NCBI RefSeq assembly: GCF_020745735.1
Contig: NW_026869159.1
Location: forward strand, 124,001 to 187,647
Origin: Hemiscyllium ocellatum
Lineage: Eukaryota
Length of the DNA: 63,647 nucleotides
Direction: 5' to 3'
A program made the position numbers and the translations under genes. Below the pieces are notes generated by a model. It did no database searches. It had not been told where the DNA came from and worked only from the letters and a program-made list of their open reading frames with translations. Positions 52,900 to 63,647 of the stretch are shown here, piece after piece; the first letter of the stretch is position 1, and every line of letters starts with the position of its first letter.

Positions 52900-54200
52900 C
52901 AAAAAGTTCTGTGATTATTAACATATCTCCTGACTCCCCAAAGCCTGCCACTATCTACATTGCAGAAGTCAAGGGTGTGACGGGAATACTCTCTACTTGC
53001 CCAGATGAGTACATTCTAAACAACACCCAAGAAGTTTGTCACCATTCAGGACAAAGCAGCCGCTTGATTGGTACTACTTCCACATCCATCCACTCCCTCA
53101 ACCACCGATGGAATGCAGACGTTTACCAAAGATCCTCAGACACAACGTTCCAACCCTACGACCACTTCCATCAATAAGGACAATGGCCAGGAGATATGTG
53201 ACAACACTACCACTTTCAAGCTCCCTTCCAATGCAGTCACCATCCTGACATGGATATACACTGATTTTTTTTCACTGTCGATTGGGCAGAATCCTGGAAT
53301 TCCCTCCTTAATCGCATTGTAAGTCAACCCAGAGCAAGTGAGCTGCAGGGGTTCATCTCACCCTCACCGTCCTAAGGACAACTAGTGATACGCAATAAAT
53401 GCTGGCCGCCAGCAGCGCCAAATCCCACAGACAAAGACATTAAAAACGTCAGTCATTACGCAATCTAAATATAGAATCCTGCTGTGTGGATGCATGCCAT
53501 TCGGCCCATCGAGCCTCTGATGAACATAATATCCAGATCCACTCTACCCTGCATCTCCTATGTCTAATTTACCTAACCTGCCCAACGTTTGACTGTGGCC
53601 AGAAGCCGGAACACCCAAAGGAAACCTATTCAGACTCAGGGAGAATGTGCAAACCCCATACTTACAGCTACCTGAGGCTGAAATCGAACTTGGGTCTTTA
53701 GTGCTATGAGACAGCAGTGGTTACCCTTAAACCACTGTGCCATCATCTAGAGAATGTTTGATGAAAATTCATGACTTGGTTTTACCCCACTTATAAATTG
53801 TTTATTTCCTTGTCCTGTAAATCTCCTGGAGACGTCACCAGAGTACGCCATGGTCACACCTACTGAAACAGTTTGTAGCTTGGTCTTTTATAGTCTCTTT
53901 GATCATCATCACAAATTACCTGCCCTTTTATTTTTGTATCACTTGAAAACCTGGCAAACGTGCATTCGCTTCAGTGAGGATTTGGAAGTTGTGTTGACAT
54001 GTACGTCTGCCCTTTCACCATTCCCATTCAAATGAGGGAGACTTTACCAGACGGTCTTTTTTTACTTCATAAAATGTGTTAGCCTGAGGCAACGTGGCGG
54101 TGAGCTCTGTGTTTGATGCACGGCAATGTTTCTGATACCCAGGAACTATGTTTTCGATGACACAAAGTGAAATTAAACAAATTCAGTTAGAATGGATCAT
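52900..54200. repeat. Direct-repeat cassette copy 2, between the two V segments
   Basis: Collinear with 50150-51510. Confidence 0.75.
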
Positions 54201-55115
54201 GCCAGTAAATGCATTAGAAGCGACATTCGATTCTCCAGTTACATGCATTGAAAGTGTGTTAATTCGTTTGTTTCGTTCCCTCAGTATTGCAGCAGAATCA
54301 GCCAGACCGATTCATCCTATGCATCAACTGAAGTGGCTTTTTAAGTCCCACAGGAGCTGTGTTAACTGGGGTACAACATTTCTGATACTCAAACAACATG
54401 AACCAAATTTATTTTCTGCATTTGCTTACAGAAATAATAATCGTTATGGGACAATATTTTGTTTAATTTCTGTCCAAAACCCTGCTTGTAGGTGAACAAG
54501 TTTACTTTGCGCCTGAAATAACTACACAGATGCTGCTATTTCGTCGCTAAGTAACCCTTCATTTAAATATGGAGAGTACACTGACCGTGGTCATCCAGCT
54601 CGGAGTCAGTCCTTGAAGTGAGGAGATTCAAATTCTGCTGTTTATACCCATGGCCCAGGGGTCCCTGACTGATCCAAGTTTCAAAACCCAATGTAGGACT
54701 TCACGGTCAATGGCTCTAATTACAACAGTTGGCTTGACAAAAATAACAAAGAACAGTGGTTGCTTGAAATCCAATACAAAAACAGAAATAACTAGAGAGA
54801 CTCAGCAGGTCTTGCACCAACTGTGAAGAAAAAAGCTGAGTGTACTTTTCGGGTCTACTAAACATCCTTCAGAACTTTGTTCCTTTCTCACACCAACTAT
54901 AATATGAAGTGGAGCTCAAAAGAGCTTGAAGCTGATTGGCGGAATTGAGTAATAAGGGAGCCTGTAGCTCATTGGCTATCATGTGATGCCTTGAGCAACA
55001 ATGATCCAACGAGGAGAGATCCGGAAATTACTCAACCTCAATTACCCTACTCTTGATGAAACCCATTTTAGCTTCAGCCAGTTCTGCTCACATTCACCGC
55101 AAATTCTCTGCAAAC

Positions 55116-55167
55116 ATGTTACCTGGAGCTCTTTGTTTACTCCTCTCAACTATAGGTCTTCTCACTG
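55116..55167 (+). CDS. TRAV: Leader exon of TCR V segment #2 (MLPGALCLLLSTIGLLT-G)
   Basis: 52 nt (17 codons +1), hydrophobic, G|GTACGT donor; phase 1 matches the acceptor at 55622. Confidence 0.85.
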
Positions 55168-55622
55168 GTACGTTGAAAGCTTGTCTACTTATGTGTGTCA
55201 GCTCTTTGCTGGGACTTACGTTTACTCGATCAATTTGAGTGATGCAGAAGTAAGAATACATTCTCCTAAATAAAACTATTTAGATCTAAGCTTTCCCCAA
55301 CAATGAGCAGATTTCGGGAGAAATTAGCAAATTTACGTGAGTGAATGGCAGTGGAATAGTTAGACGGCAAATTCAGGCAGGACTGAGGCCATTGAGATAA
55401 TTCGACAGAACGGAGTGTTTTATATTCACCAATATATTTCAGTTTTCCTTTCACGTTGTGGGAGATGAAATGGGGAATGATCTCCTCATATGAAATTGAT
55501 CCCAGTCCAAATTCCCTGATTTTTTTCTTTTTCGGGTTGTTGATGAAGGTAAACTGGCTGAGTATATGAGATAAGAATGTTGAAGTACCTCATTAAATTT
55601 CTATAATTCTTGGCTCTTACAG

Positions 55623-55923
55623 GACTTTGTCATGGCGATTCTGTCTCACAAACTCCGCCTGAAATCACAGTAAACGAGGGTGATGATGCCCTGTTGTTCT
55701 GTAAGTACTCTACAATAAACAGCAATCCTGCTCTGTTCTGGTACCGTCAACCTTCCAACGGGTCCATGAATTTTCTGCTGCAGATAAACCAATATAGCCA
55801 GAAAACGAGTTTTCTATCAGACAAGCTCTCCTGGGACTTTGACCATGTGAACCGCACTATGCAGCTGAAGGTTTTGAAAACAGTACTCACAGACACTGCA
55901 GTGTATTACTGCGCACTGAGTCC
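55623..55923 (+). CDS. TRAV: T-cell receptor alpha/delta variable segment #2, V exon
   Basis: cttacag| GLCHG-DSVSQTPPEITVNEGDDALLFCKYS..LFWYRQ..MQLKVLKTVLTDTAVYYCALSP; open frame with canonical C/W/C. Confidence 0.95.
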
Positions 55924-55962
55924 CACAGAGACTCAGAACTGGGCTGACCGTGTACAAAAACT
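55924..55962 (+). promoter_or_regulatory. 23-bp-spacer recombination signal sequence
   Basis: CACAGAG (55924-30) + 23 nt + ACAAAAACT (55954-62). Confidence 0.93.
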
Positions 55963-58045
55963 CTCGGAGCGTCTAGGCAAACAGTGAGATCAGGAGTGGA
56001 TCTAATGTGGTTCCGGAGTTCAAGGTGATAGCTGATACTTATCATTCGGACACAACACTTTAATTGGTATAAATCTATTATTGAACGGAATGCCGTCAAT
56101 TTCGAGAACAGAAAACAACTAATTTATTTTACATCCTTCATGGTGTTCCAAAATGTTTTATTGTTATAGGAATGAAGTGCGATAGAAAATTCAGGGACTC
56201 GTTTTGATCCAGCAAAATCTTCAGGCAAAACAGGGAACTGCAGTATCCTGTTTGAGATACAATGACCTGTCACAAGATTCTAGTAATGAGACACTGGAAC
56301 AACCTCTACAACGTTAAACACATTGTGGGTTGTTGCGTACTGCCATTGCGCCTTCATGATAACAGCTCCAAAATGATATGTTGTCGATTCGCAGGTCCAG
56401 AATAACGCAGACCTGTCGATGTTAAGTGTTGAAAAAACTGTACTGTGCAGCATACAGATACACCACAGGAAAGATTAAAGTCGTGCAAATTGCCAACTCA
56501 TCGAGATATGCAAACAAAAAAGTGTTTTGTCAAAGTCCACTTCCTGTACAGAACTTTCAAACATTATATCAGAACAATCGTTAATTGATATTTCATATTA
56601 TTGTCTGTACCATAACAATAAAATAACGTGCTGTGCATGCTGAAGATCTGAAACTAAACTCAAGTTGCTGGCGAAACTCAGGAGATCTGGCAGCAAGCTG
56701 TTGCGAGAAAGCAGAGTAAGAATTTTGAGACCAGTGACTCTTCATCAGAAAACTGCGTGTTCCAGTTGACTGTGATAGGAACACTCGAATTAGGAGCAGG
56801 AATAGGGGCTTCGACGCTTTAAGCCTGCTCCGCCTTATAATAAGCTAATTGTTGATTTGTTTTGTGGACTCAGCTCCACTTACCCGTGCTCTCAACGATA
56901 AGAACATGGTAAATTAAAGGAACGTGTTCAATTCACCTGTTGCATTACATTTTAATTTGCATGAATATTGAAACTTCTATAAATCCTAGCCCTATTACAG
57001 CATGAATAATACGCAAGAAACTTTGGTGGATACGTTCACTTCCGAAGAATGTATGACACACATTTTTAAAAAAATTAAATTATTAGCCTGACTAAAAACA
57101 GATAACTAATAATGTAGCTGTCCTCAATAGTTGAAATTGAGGAGCAATTGTTTGTCCTCATGATAATATCGGTTTCATTGCAAAAAAAAGCAGAAACATT
57201 AAATTTCTTTGATTGAAAATTTAGACTTAATTTTCCGAAACCACCACCAGATTGTGTCCTTAGTCCATTCACAATATTCACACAGGGAAAGGAGAGGAAT
57301 AACAATCAGGACCTGGCAGATGTGTTAATTGTCTGTAGTACAACATCGTTTCTGTTTGCTTTTTAGAATATTGATCAAAACGCAATGTTAGGAAATCATG
57401 AAAATAACCTTGATTTTCTTGTGGTTAAAGGAACGAGAGTTACGTTTGACTTTAGGTCCAGGATATATGTCTGCATGTCAAGGTTTGCTGTGTAGAGGCT
57501 GGGACGGGGTGGAGACGCCGAGATCTCTGGAGCTGCAAAAAGTAAATCTGAGATTTAACAGGAGAGGCATGGATTGTATGATGCAGTGAGAACATGAAAA
57601 CTGTCGAGAACATTTTTTAGGATGTAATGAGCTGTTCATCGGGTCTATGTCAAAGTAAAAGGCAACGTGAGCGATTCAAATAAATAGATGCAATAGTCCT
57701 GAGCACGAATGATGGAGAAGGAGGAAGGAAGAATAGAATGGCGACTGAGAGGGAAGGAGGGAAGCAGCAAAATAGATGAATATCAAATGACTTAGCCGAG
57801 ACCACTAGAAGTATAATGCAGTCATCAGAGGCAAAGAAGACAATTTCGCCTCACATCCATAAAAACACTACTTCGGCTGGTTTTTATTTTCTGTTTGTCT
57901 TAATAACAGGCAATGTAAAGGCTGGAAAAGGAACTGGTCATATCTCCGGTAGTGAAGCACGAAACGCACAAACATTATTTAGTTTTTAGTAGGAGAGAAT
58001 ATTTTATGCACTGAGTCACTCTGATCGATGGAACACGTCAAAACA

Positions 58046-58941
58046 TTATTTGCACACAGCGAGAGATGTGAAGGGAGACAACATCACTTTCTTCAGTTCA
58101 TCTCGGAATTTGTTCTGGGATATTGCATAAATGAAGACGTTGTTGCAGGAACTTAATATTTGCAGCATGTTCGTCGTTTCTTGGAGAATAAACTGTGGGT
58201 CAGTGAAATCTAAGCCGCTGAAATATGCCTCACCTGTAACCCGCACATAGAGGAAGCGCCCGACATAGGTGACCCATAGAAGGAGGAAACTGAGCGAGAT
58301 AGTGAAGAGCAGTATGATGGACCTCTTGCGGTTGGCCATTTCTGAGTCTCCGTGGCTCGCCAATCCCCGAAGCCTCCTTCGGGCACTGCTGGCTACCAAG
58401 ATGTACCTGACAGTCATGGCATTGAGCAGTAGAATAAGAAGGAACGGGAGAATAGGCGTCAAGATGTGATTCAGCCAGTCATAGGATTTCCATGCAGGTG
58501 AGTTATAGTACGTGTCTCTGAAGTCACAGAACCAGGACCTCCCGTCCACAATGTACAAGGGCTGGTAGACGAAGTAGGAAGGCAGGTTTTTGATACAGCT
58601 CAGGACACAAACTACTCCAATGAACAGTGATGCAGTTTTCACAGTGCAGTACCTGGTCTTCATATTCTGGCAGCATATGGCCACGAAACGGTCGATGGTG
58701 AATGCCACGGTCAGCCAGACTGAGCCATCTCGGCTGGTATAGATCATCACGGTGCTGACTGCGCAGGCAGTGGTCGTGGACAGTGTGCTGTGTCGGAAAT
58801 AAATGCCACCGATCCGATTCAGGATGCACCCAGTGATGATCACAAGAAAATCACTCACTGCTATCCCCACCAAGTAATAGGTGGTGCACCCAGAGAGTCC
58901 ACACCGTCCTCGCAATAGTATGACGATCGCCAGCAGGTTGG
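58046..58941 (-). CDS. GPR139/142-like orphan class A GPCR gene E, exon 2 (intact; 321 aa with exon 1)
   Basis: Acceptor ttcccccag|CC AAC CTG at 58941. Open 7TM frame: AVSDFL, TTAC..IDRFVAICC, WFC, TPILPF, LLLWVT, SSCNNVFIY, NKFRDEL. Confidence 0.95.
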
Positions 58942-59422
58942 CTGGGGGAAATTGCGAAGTATTATTGAACGGACCTGATTAATCACTAGATATACTTATA
59001 ATCTTTAAAATAATGACCTACCTGCAATGATTTTCTTCGGGATTATCATGTAATCTGTGCATGAGAATATCGAACGCAACGATAGCGTATTATTCCATAC
59101 ACCAGTAATTTCCAGCATTACAACTGAATTTAATTTTGTGCAGTTATTCTGATTAATATTCAGGCAATGCTACATATTACAATTCCGAACTCAATGATGT
59201 AATAATCAATTGCTCCATAATTGTTCAATATTACATTTTGGATAGAATGTTGCTGTGTACTTCAGAGGTTGCAATTGAGGAAAGCTCAATGTTTGACACA
59301 TGTATAGGGACCTGCGCTCAATTCCTTCAGTCGTGAAGATCAGAAAAAAATGTCATTCCTGAAATTTAATACAAAAGATTTTCTTTCAACTAACAAACAT
59401 ATATTTGGAATCTGTAACTTAC

Positions 59423-59492
59423 CAGGGACACCAATAGCAGCAAGAGCTGGATAGTAAATGGCATAGAAAGGGCCACTCGCTGGGCCATGCAT
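59423..59492 (-). CDS. GPCR gene E, exon 1 (MHGPASGPFYAIYYPALAAIGVP)
   Basis: 70 nt, GTAAGT donor, phase 1. Confidence 0.92.
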
Positions 59493-60829
59493 CACTTGTT
59501 ATAAACTAATGGAAATCACAAAACTTCTCACATGAGCTCTGTGACACAAACAACAGGTCTCTAATTTATAATGCTTCAGGATCTCGAGAGTGTTAATTAA
59601 GTTTCAACATGTACCTTTGTTTCAGTCTGGCGAAAAAACCTAATTACTCACTATTTCATGCTTTCTATGTAAATTGTAATGTTACACAATTGCACACACG
59701 TAAACTGAGAATAGCAACCGGCAAATTTAAAGCCCCCTTCCAAGTATTTTAATTTCTCCATCAAATGGATTCCCGATTTCAAAACATGAGCTTATGTCTT
59801 TTGCGTAATTTGAAGGAACTCTCAGCCCTTCTCTGCGATTTTCTCAATTGTTTCGTCTCTTTAGTTGTGAAATTAGTTAAAGATTTGCATTCTACTGTTA
59901 TTCTGTCTTAACATTTATCTATATTTAAAGCTGAAAAGTTTGAAATTCGGTTTACCAATGATGGATGACATTTGAGAAGCATGGTATCTGATACCAGCGC
60001 ATGAAAACTTTTTAGCAAATGAGAACAGAAAACTTCTTGTAATAAAGATTGATAAATCCCTCGACCAAATGGAGTCCATTCCAGAGTCTTGAATGATGTG
60101 GGGAGAAAAAAGTGATTGCACTGATGGTTATCCTTGGAAATTCGAGAAATTTCGGAATGGTTCCTTAGGTTTAGAAAGTAGGGAAAACAACCCAACTATT
60201 TAAGAAGAGTGGGATAAGAAAACAGCCACCAAAGACATGTTGAATGTTGGTTATAAGAATAAAAGCCACGTCATATAATGAAGGAAACGATAAGTAGACA
60301 TTTTGAAATATGATATGATTGAGATGACTCAATATGAAGTTATAAAAGGGAATGAATGTTTGGCAAAACCATTGGAATTCGTTTTGTGGATGCTAATTTT
60401 AGCACTAATAAGGGACAACCAGTGTGTGCAATGTATTTTCGGACATTAGAAAGTTTTGATAACATGCCAGACTGATGAGGTCTTACGAGATTGATGTTAA
60501 GGTGCTGTGATGAAGTAATGAGAAGAAATCAAACAGTAAAAAGGAATGAGTTATTTTAAGAATGGCCGACTGTTAATAGTTGTATGTCTCAACAATGAGT
60601 GATGCAGAGCGTGACAATCAAATAATGATTGTGTGAATCATAGTTTTTGGAAACTCATTAATATAATTAAACTAAGTGGTAGCTTAATTCACGTAAGCTG
60701 CAGGTAGGCTTTTCAGTCGAGTCCAGTCAGAATAATTATATCGTAATGTCAAAAAATCGCACAACAGCAGGTTGCAATCCAACAAGTTTATCCGGAAGGA
60801 CGAGCTTTTGGTGAGCTGCTCCTTTGTCA

Positions 60830-62790
60830 GCTAGTGTGGCAGGATCATAGAACACAGCATTTACAATAAAAGATCAAACTGTCAAACGACTGATGCGATG
60901 GATTGAACAAAATCAGATTGCTGTTAAGTCTTTAATCACTAACAATGAGGATACAGGTTTCGAATATTGATATGTATATCCCAGAACTGCTTTCACGTCA
61001 CAGTCCCGATATAAATTAAGGTTTTATTAGAAAAAAGTGACACCTCTACTTAGACATTAAATGTGTGCGGTTAGTGTCTGTCTGTATCCCAAGCTGAAGT
61101 CCGACTACATTGATTTCCAAAGTAGCAACTTTCAAATACCACATGAACTGATTGCCTACAGATTGTGTATTTTTGAACAAAATAGAATAAACTTGCAAAG
61201 ACAAATCTGCAAATATAATTTCAACCCATAGACTTACATGTGCGTGTGCACGGGTGTGAGGGAGAGAGAGACAGAAAACATGTGTGTGTGGGAGAGGGAG
61301 AAAGTGTGTGTGTGTGTTGTGTGTGTGTGTGTGTATGCGTGTGCGCTCTGGATGCAGTGTGTGCGTGTTGGTGACAGAGTATATGCCTGTGAGAAGATGC
61401 GCACATATGTTTGAGTGTGAATGTGTGTGCGAGTGTAATTCAGAGAGCGTGTGTGTGAGGGAGGATCTGTGTGATTGTTCGAGTGTGATCCTGTGTCCGA
61501 ATGTATGTATATGCTGATTTGCTTGTGTGTGAGTGTCTGTTTCAGGGTGTACAATATAGGGGAGTACCCTGTGGTGTGACATGATCCACGATCCCTTTTG
61601 AGGATGTCCTCATTAATACCGAAATTGGCTATCAGCGTCTTCTCGACAACCCTGCATTTTTCCGTGACCCAAACTCCTCCATGATGCATGGTCACTTGAA
61701 GATCCGAGGGAGATCCTCCTTGACCCCGAAGTGCTCCACGCCTGGAAGGGAGCTCCCCATCTGGAAATGGTTGTGTGGTTCCATTCACCCATTCTCTTAG
61801 CACCCGCGTGGTCTCACCAATATATGATGCCACAGGGATCCCAGCTTGCAACATTTGAGGTAGACAATTTTGGCTGAGTCGCATGAATATCTGCCACACA
61901 CCAGGTGGGTGGTGTCCGCACTTGTGATGATAGTATCCATTGTGACATTCTGACACATGTTGCAGTGGTTGTCATCACAGATTTGTATAAACAAACCATT
62001 GATCGCAACAAAATGCCAAGCGTCCAGGATGACATTGAACACAACACCAAAGCACACCATTGCAAGACGTGTCAGAGCATCGACTTGGATAGTACAATTA
62101 AACGTTGGCCACCACCCATCAAATACGTGGCAGTTACTCATGTGATTTGGCCAACATCGTCGCTCTCATATGTTGCAGGCTAGGTTGCTCTCATGATAGT
62201 ATAATGGCGAGGCCACACGGATGCGAAGACAACCAATAAATGAACACTGTGCAGCAATCGCCAAACAGGGATGCTGCCTCTCAGTTGGAGAATACTTCAC
62301 CCGTGAAGTATATTCTGCTTTGGATCTTCACGTGACCATCCTCCAAGACAGAATGTGGATGTGTAACAACACAGAATAGTCCAGCAGAGGCTGATCACCG
62401 AATTCAGTATCAATGAGAACGACCTGAACCGGGATGTTGGGTTCATGTCGTACTCCAAGGGACGCCACTACACTGTACGCCCTTATACGCACACTCGCAC
62501 ACTCACACAGACCCTCTCTTACGAACATGTTCTCTCTCAGGCACATGCTCTCTCAGACACACACAAACACATGCATCTACACATGCACATTCAAACGTGC
62601 ATCATCTCACAGGCAAACACTCCAATAAACTCGCCCACACACTATCAAGCACACACGCAGACACTCTCACAGGTAGATCTCATACACATGCACGAACACA
62701 CGCTTGTATGTATATGGTGTGAATTTATATTTGCAGATCTGTAGTTGAAGACACGTTCTATTTTGTTCGAATAGAACAGAATATGCCGGC
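60830..62790. mobile_element. Penelope-like head-to-head GIY-YIG relics with CA-rich tails (minus about 60830-61960; plus about 61960-62790)
   Basis: YIGETTRVLRE on -; HCKTCQSIDLDSTI on +; same inversion as 8230-9600. Confidence 0.82.
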
Positions 62791-62794
62791 AAAC

Positions 62795-63530
62795 ATCCCA
62801 AATCCAGACTACCAAGGCAGTCCTGTCTTCGAACCTAAGTGTAGAGGAATCGTCTGACATAAAAGCTCCACAGGAATACAAAGCTGTTAGACATTGGGAA
62901 CAGAAGAACAATGGAACAATTGTGCTTGATCATCTCGTTGTCTTCACTATGCAGAGCTTCAGAACCTTTTGTCTGCCCTTTGGCCTCTATGATGATGCTA
63001 ACGGTAAGGGCGGTGAGCAGTAGAACGATAATGAACGGGAGTTAAGATATATATGGTCATGGTATCGGTAGATCTGCCAAGCAAGCGAGGTGTAGAAGCT
63101 TGTCTTGATGACATAGAGAGAAGGCATCCCTTCCAGTATAAGCAAGGGATGTGAGACAAAGTAAAATGGTGCGTTCTTGATGCAGAACAAGGAGCAGATC
63201 CCTCCCATGAGGCGCAAAGCAGTTTTGTCGGTGCAGTTTTTGCTGCTCAGGCTCTGGCAGGAGATGACCACAAAACATTGAATCGTGGAGGTTACTGCAA
63301 GCCAGACTTATCCATTTCGGTTGATGTAAACCACCACTGCACTAAACACACACTCACTAGTGTATTAGACAGGATAGTGTATCTATAGTAAATGCCGGAG
63401 ATTCTATTCAGAATGCATCCAGTGATAATAACAAGGAAAGCAGCGATAACTATCGCTATGAGATCGTAGGTAATGCAATGCGAGGGTCTACACTGACCTC
63501 GGGATAGCATTATGATTGCCATCAAGCTGG
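62795..63530 (-). pseudogene. GPR139/142-like GPCR pseudogene D (exon 2 only; exon 1 presumably beyond the window; C-terminus lost)
   Basis: LMAIIMLSRGQC..AFLVIITGCILNRISGIYY..CIKNAPFYF..SLAWQIY..PFIIVLLLTALTV..CSIVLLFPMSNSFVFLW; frameshifts; original acceptor AG appears mutated to AT. Confidence 0.88.
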
Positions 63531-63647
63531 ATGGAAGAGGTCAAAAGAGCCAGATGATACTGCTCTAATTTTAAATGACAGCTTTTGTCTCATCCAGACT
63601 GTTATTGATATCATATTAAAACATCCTTAGTCACTTTCTGGCAATGA

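Larger units (their letters stand above)
56400..62250. repeat. About 6-kb segmental duplication, copy R (paralogue of 3700-9600)
   Basis: See copy L. Confidence 0.9.

Noticed and set aside
55465-55548. Leader-like exon (..LIFFFFGLLMK|GTAAAC) just upstream of V #2
   Set aside because: Donor is phase 0 while the V acceptor needs phase 1; a better phase-1 leader exists at 55116-55167.
57398-57589. MKITLIFLWL.. leader-like ORF
   Set aside because: The paralogous copy at about 4776 has an early stop, and there is no downstream V exon or RSS.
61046-61956. 178-aa and 240-aa ORFs
   Set aside because: A Penelope GIY-YIG scrap fused to translated (CA)n repeat.
1-63647. CRISPR arrays, rRNA or tRNA genes
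   Set aside because: None seen; tRNA-like boxes belong to SINE heads.

Overview
Eukaryotic, repeat-rich genomic DNA from a cartilaginous fish. The HE1-type SINEs with (TTAGA)n tails, CR1 LINEs and Penelope elements point to a shark; an orectolobiform is my inference. The window looks like the V-segment end of a T-cell receptor alpha/delta locus. It holds two apparently functional TRAV/DV segments on the + strand (52048-52384; 55116-55923), each with a 23-bp-spacer RSS. Interleaved with them, all on the - strand, is an array of two-exon class A GPCR genes of the GPR139/GPR142-like family: two intact (34721-37106, 322 aa; 58046-59492, 321 aa) and three pseudogenes. The array was built by segmental duplication (3.7-9.6 kb vs 56.4-62.2 kb; 9.8-11.9 kb vs 34.1-37.1 kb). 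The rest is a decayed C2H2 zinc-finger gene, a 2.6-kb G-rich minisatellite, a decayed Gmr1-type (IN-before-RT) LTR retrotransposon, Penelope fragments with hammerhead ribozyme cores, many CR1/SINE pieces and one 128-N gap. The most interesting signal is an expanded orphan GPCR family, diversified at its ligand pocket, embedded antisense among rearranging TCR V segments. All alignments were done by eye; repeat boundaries are approximate, while exon and RSS boundaries were counted base by base.
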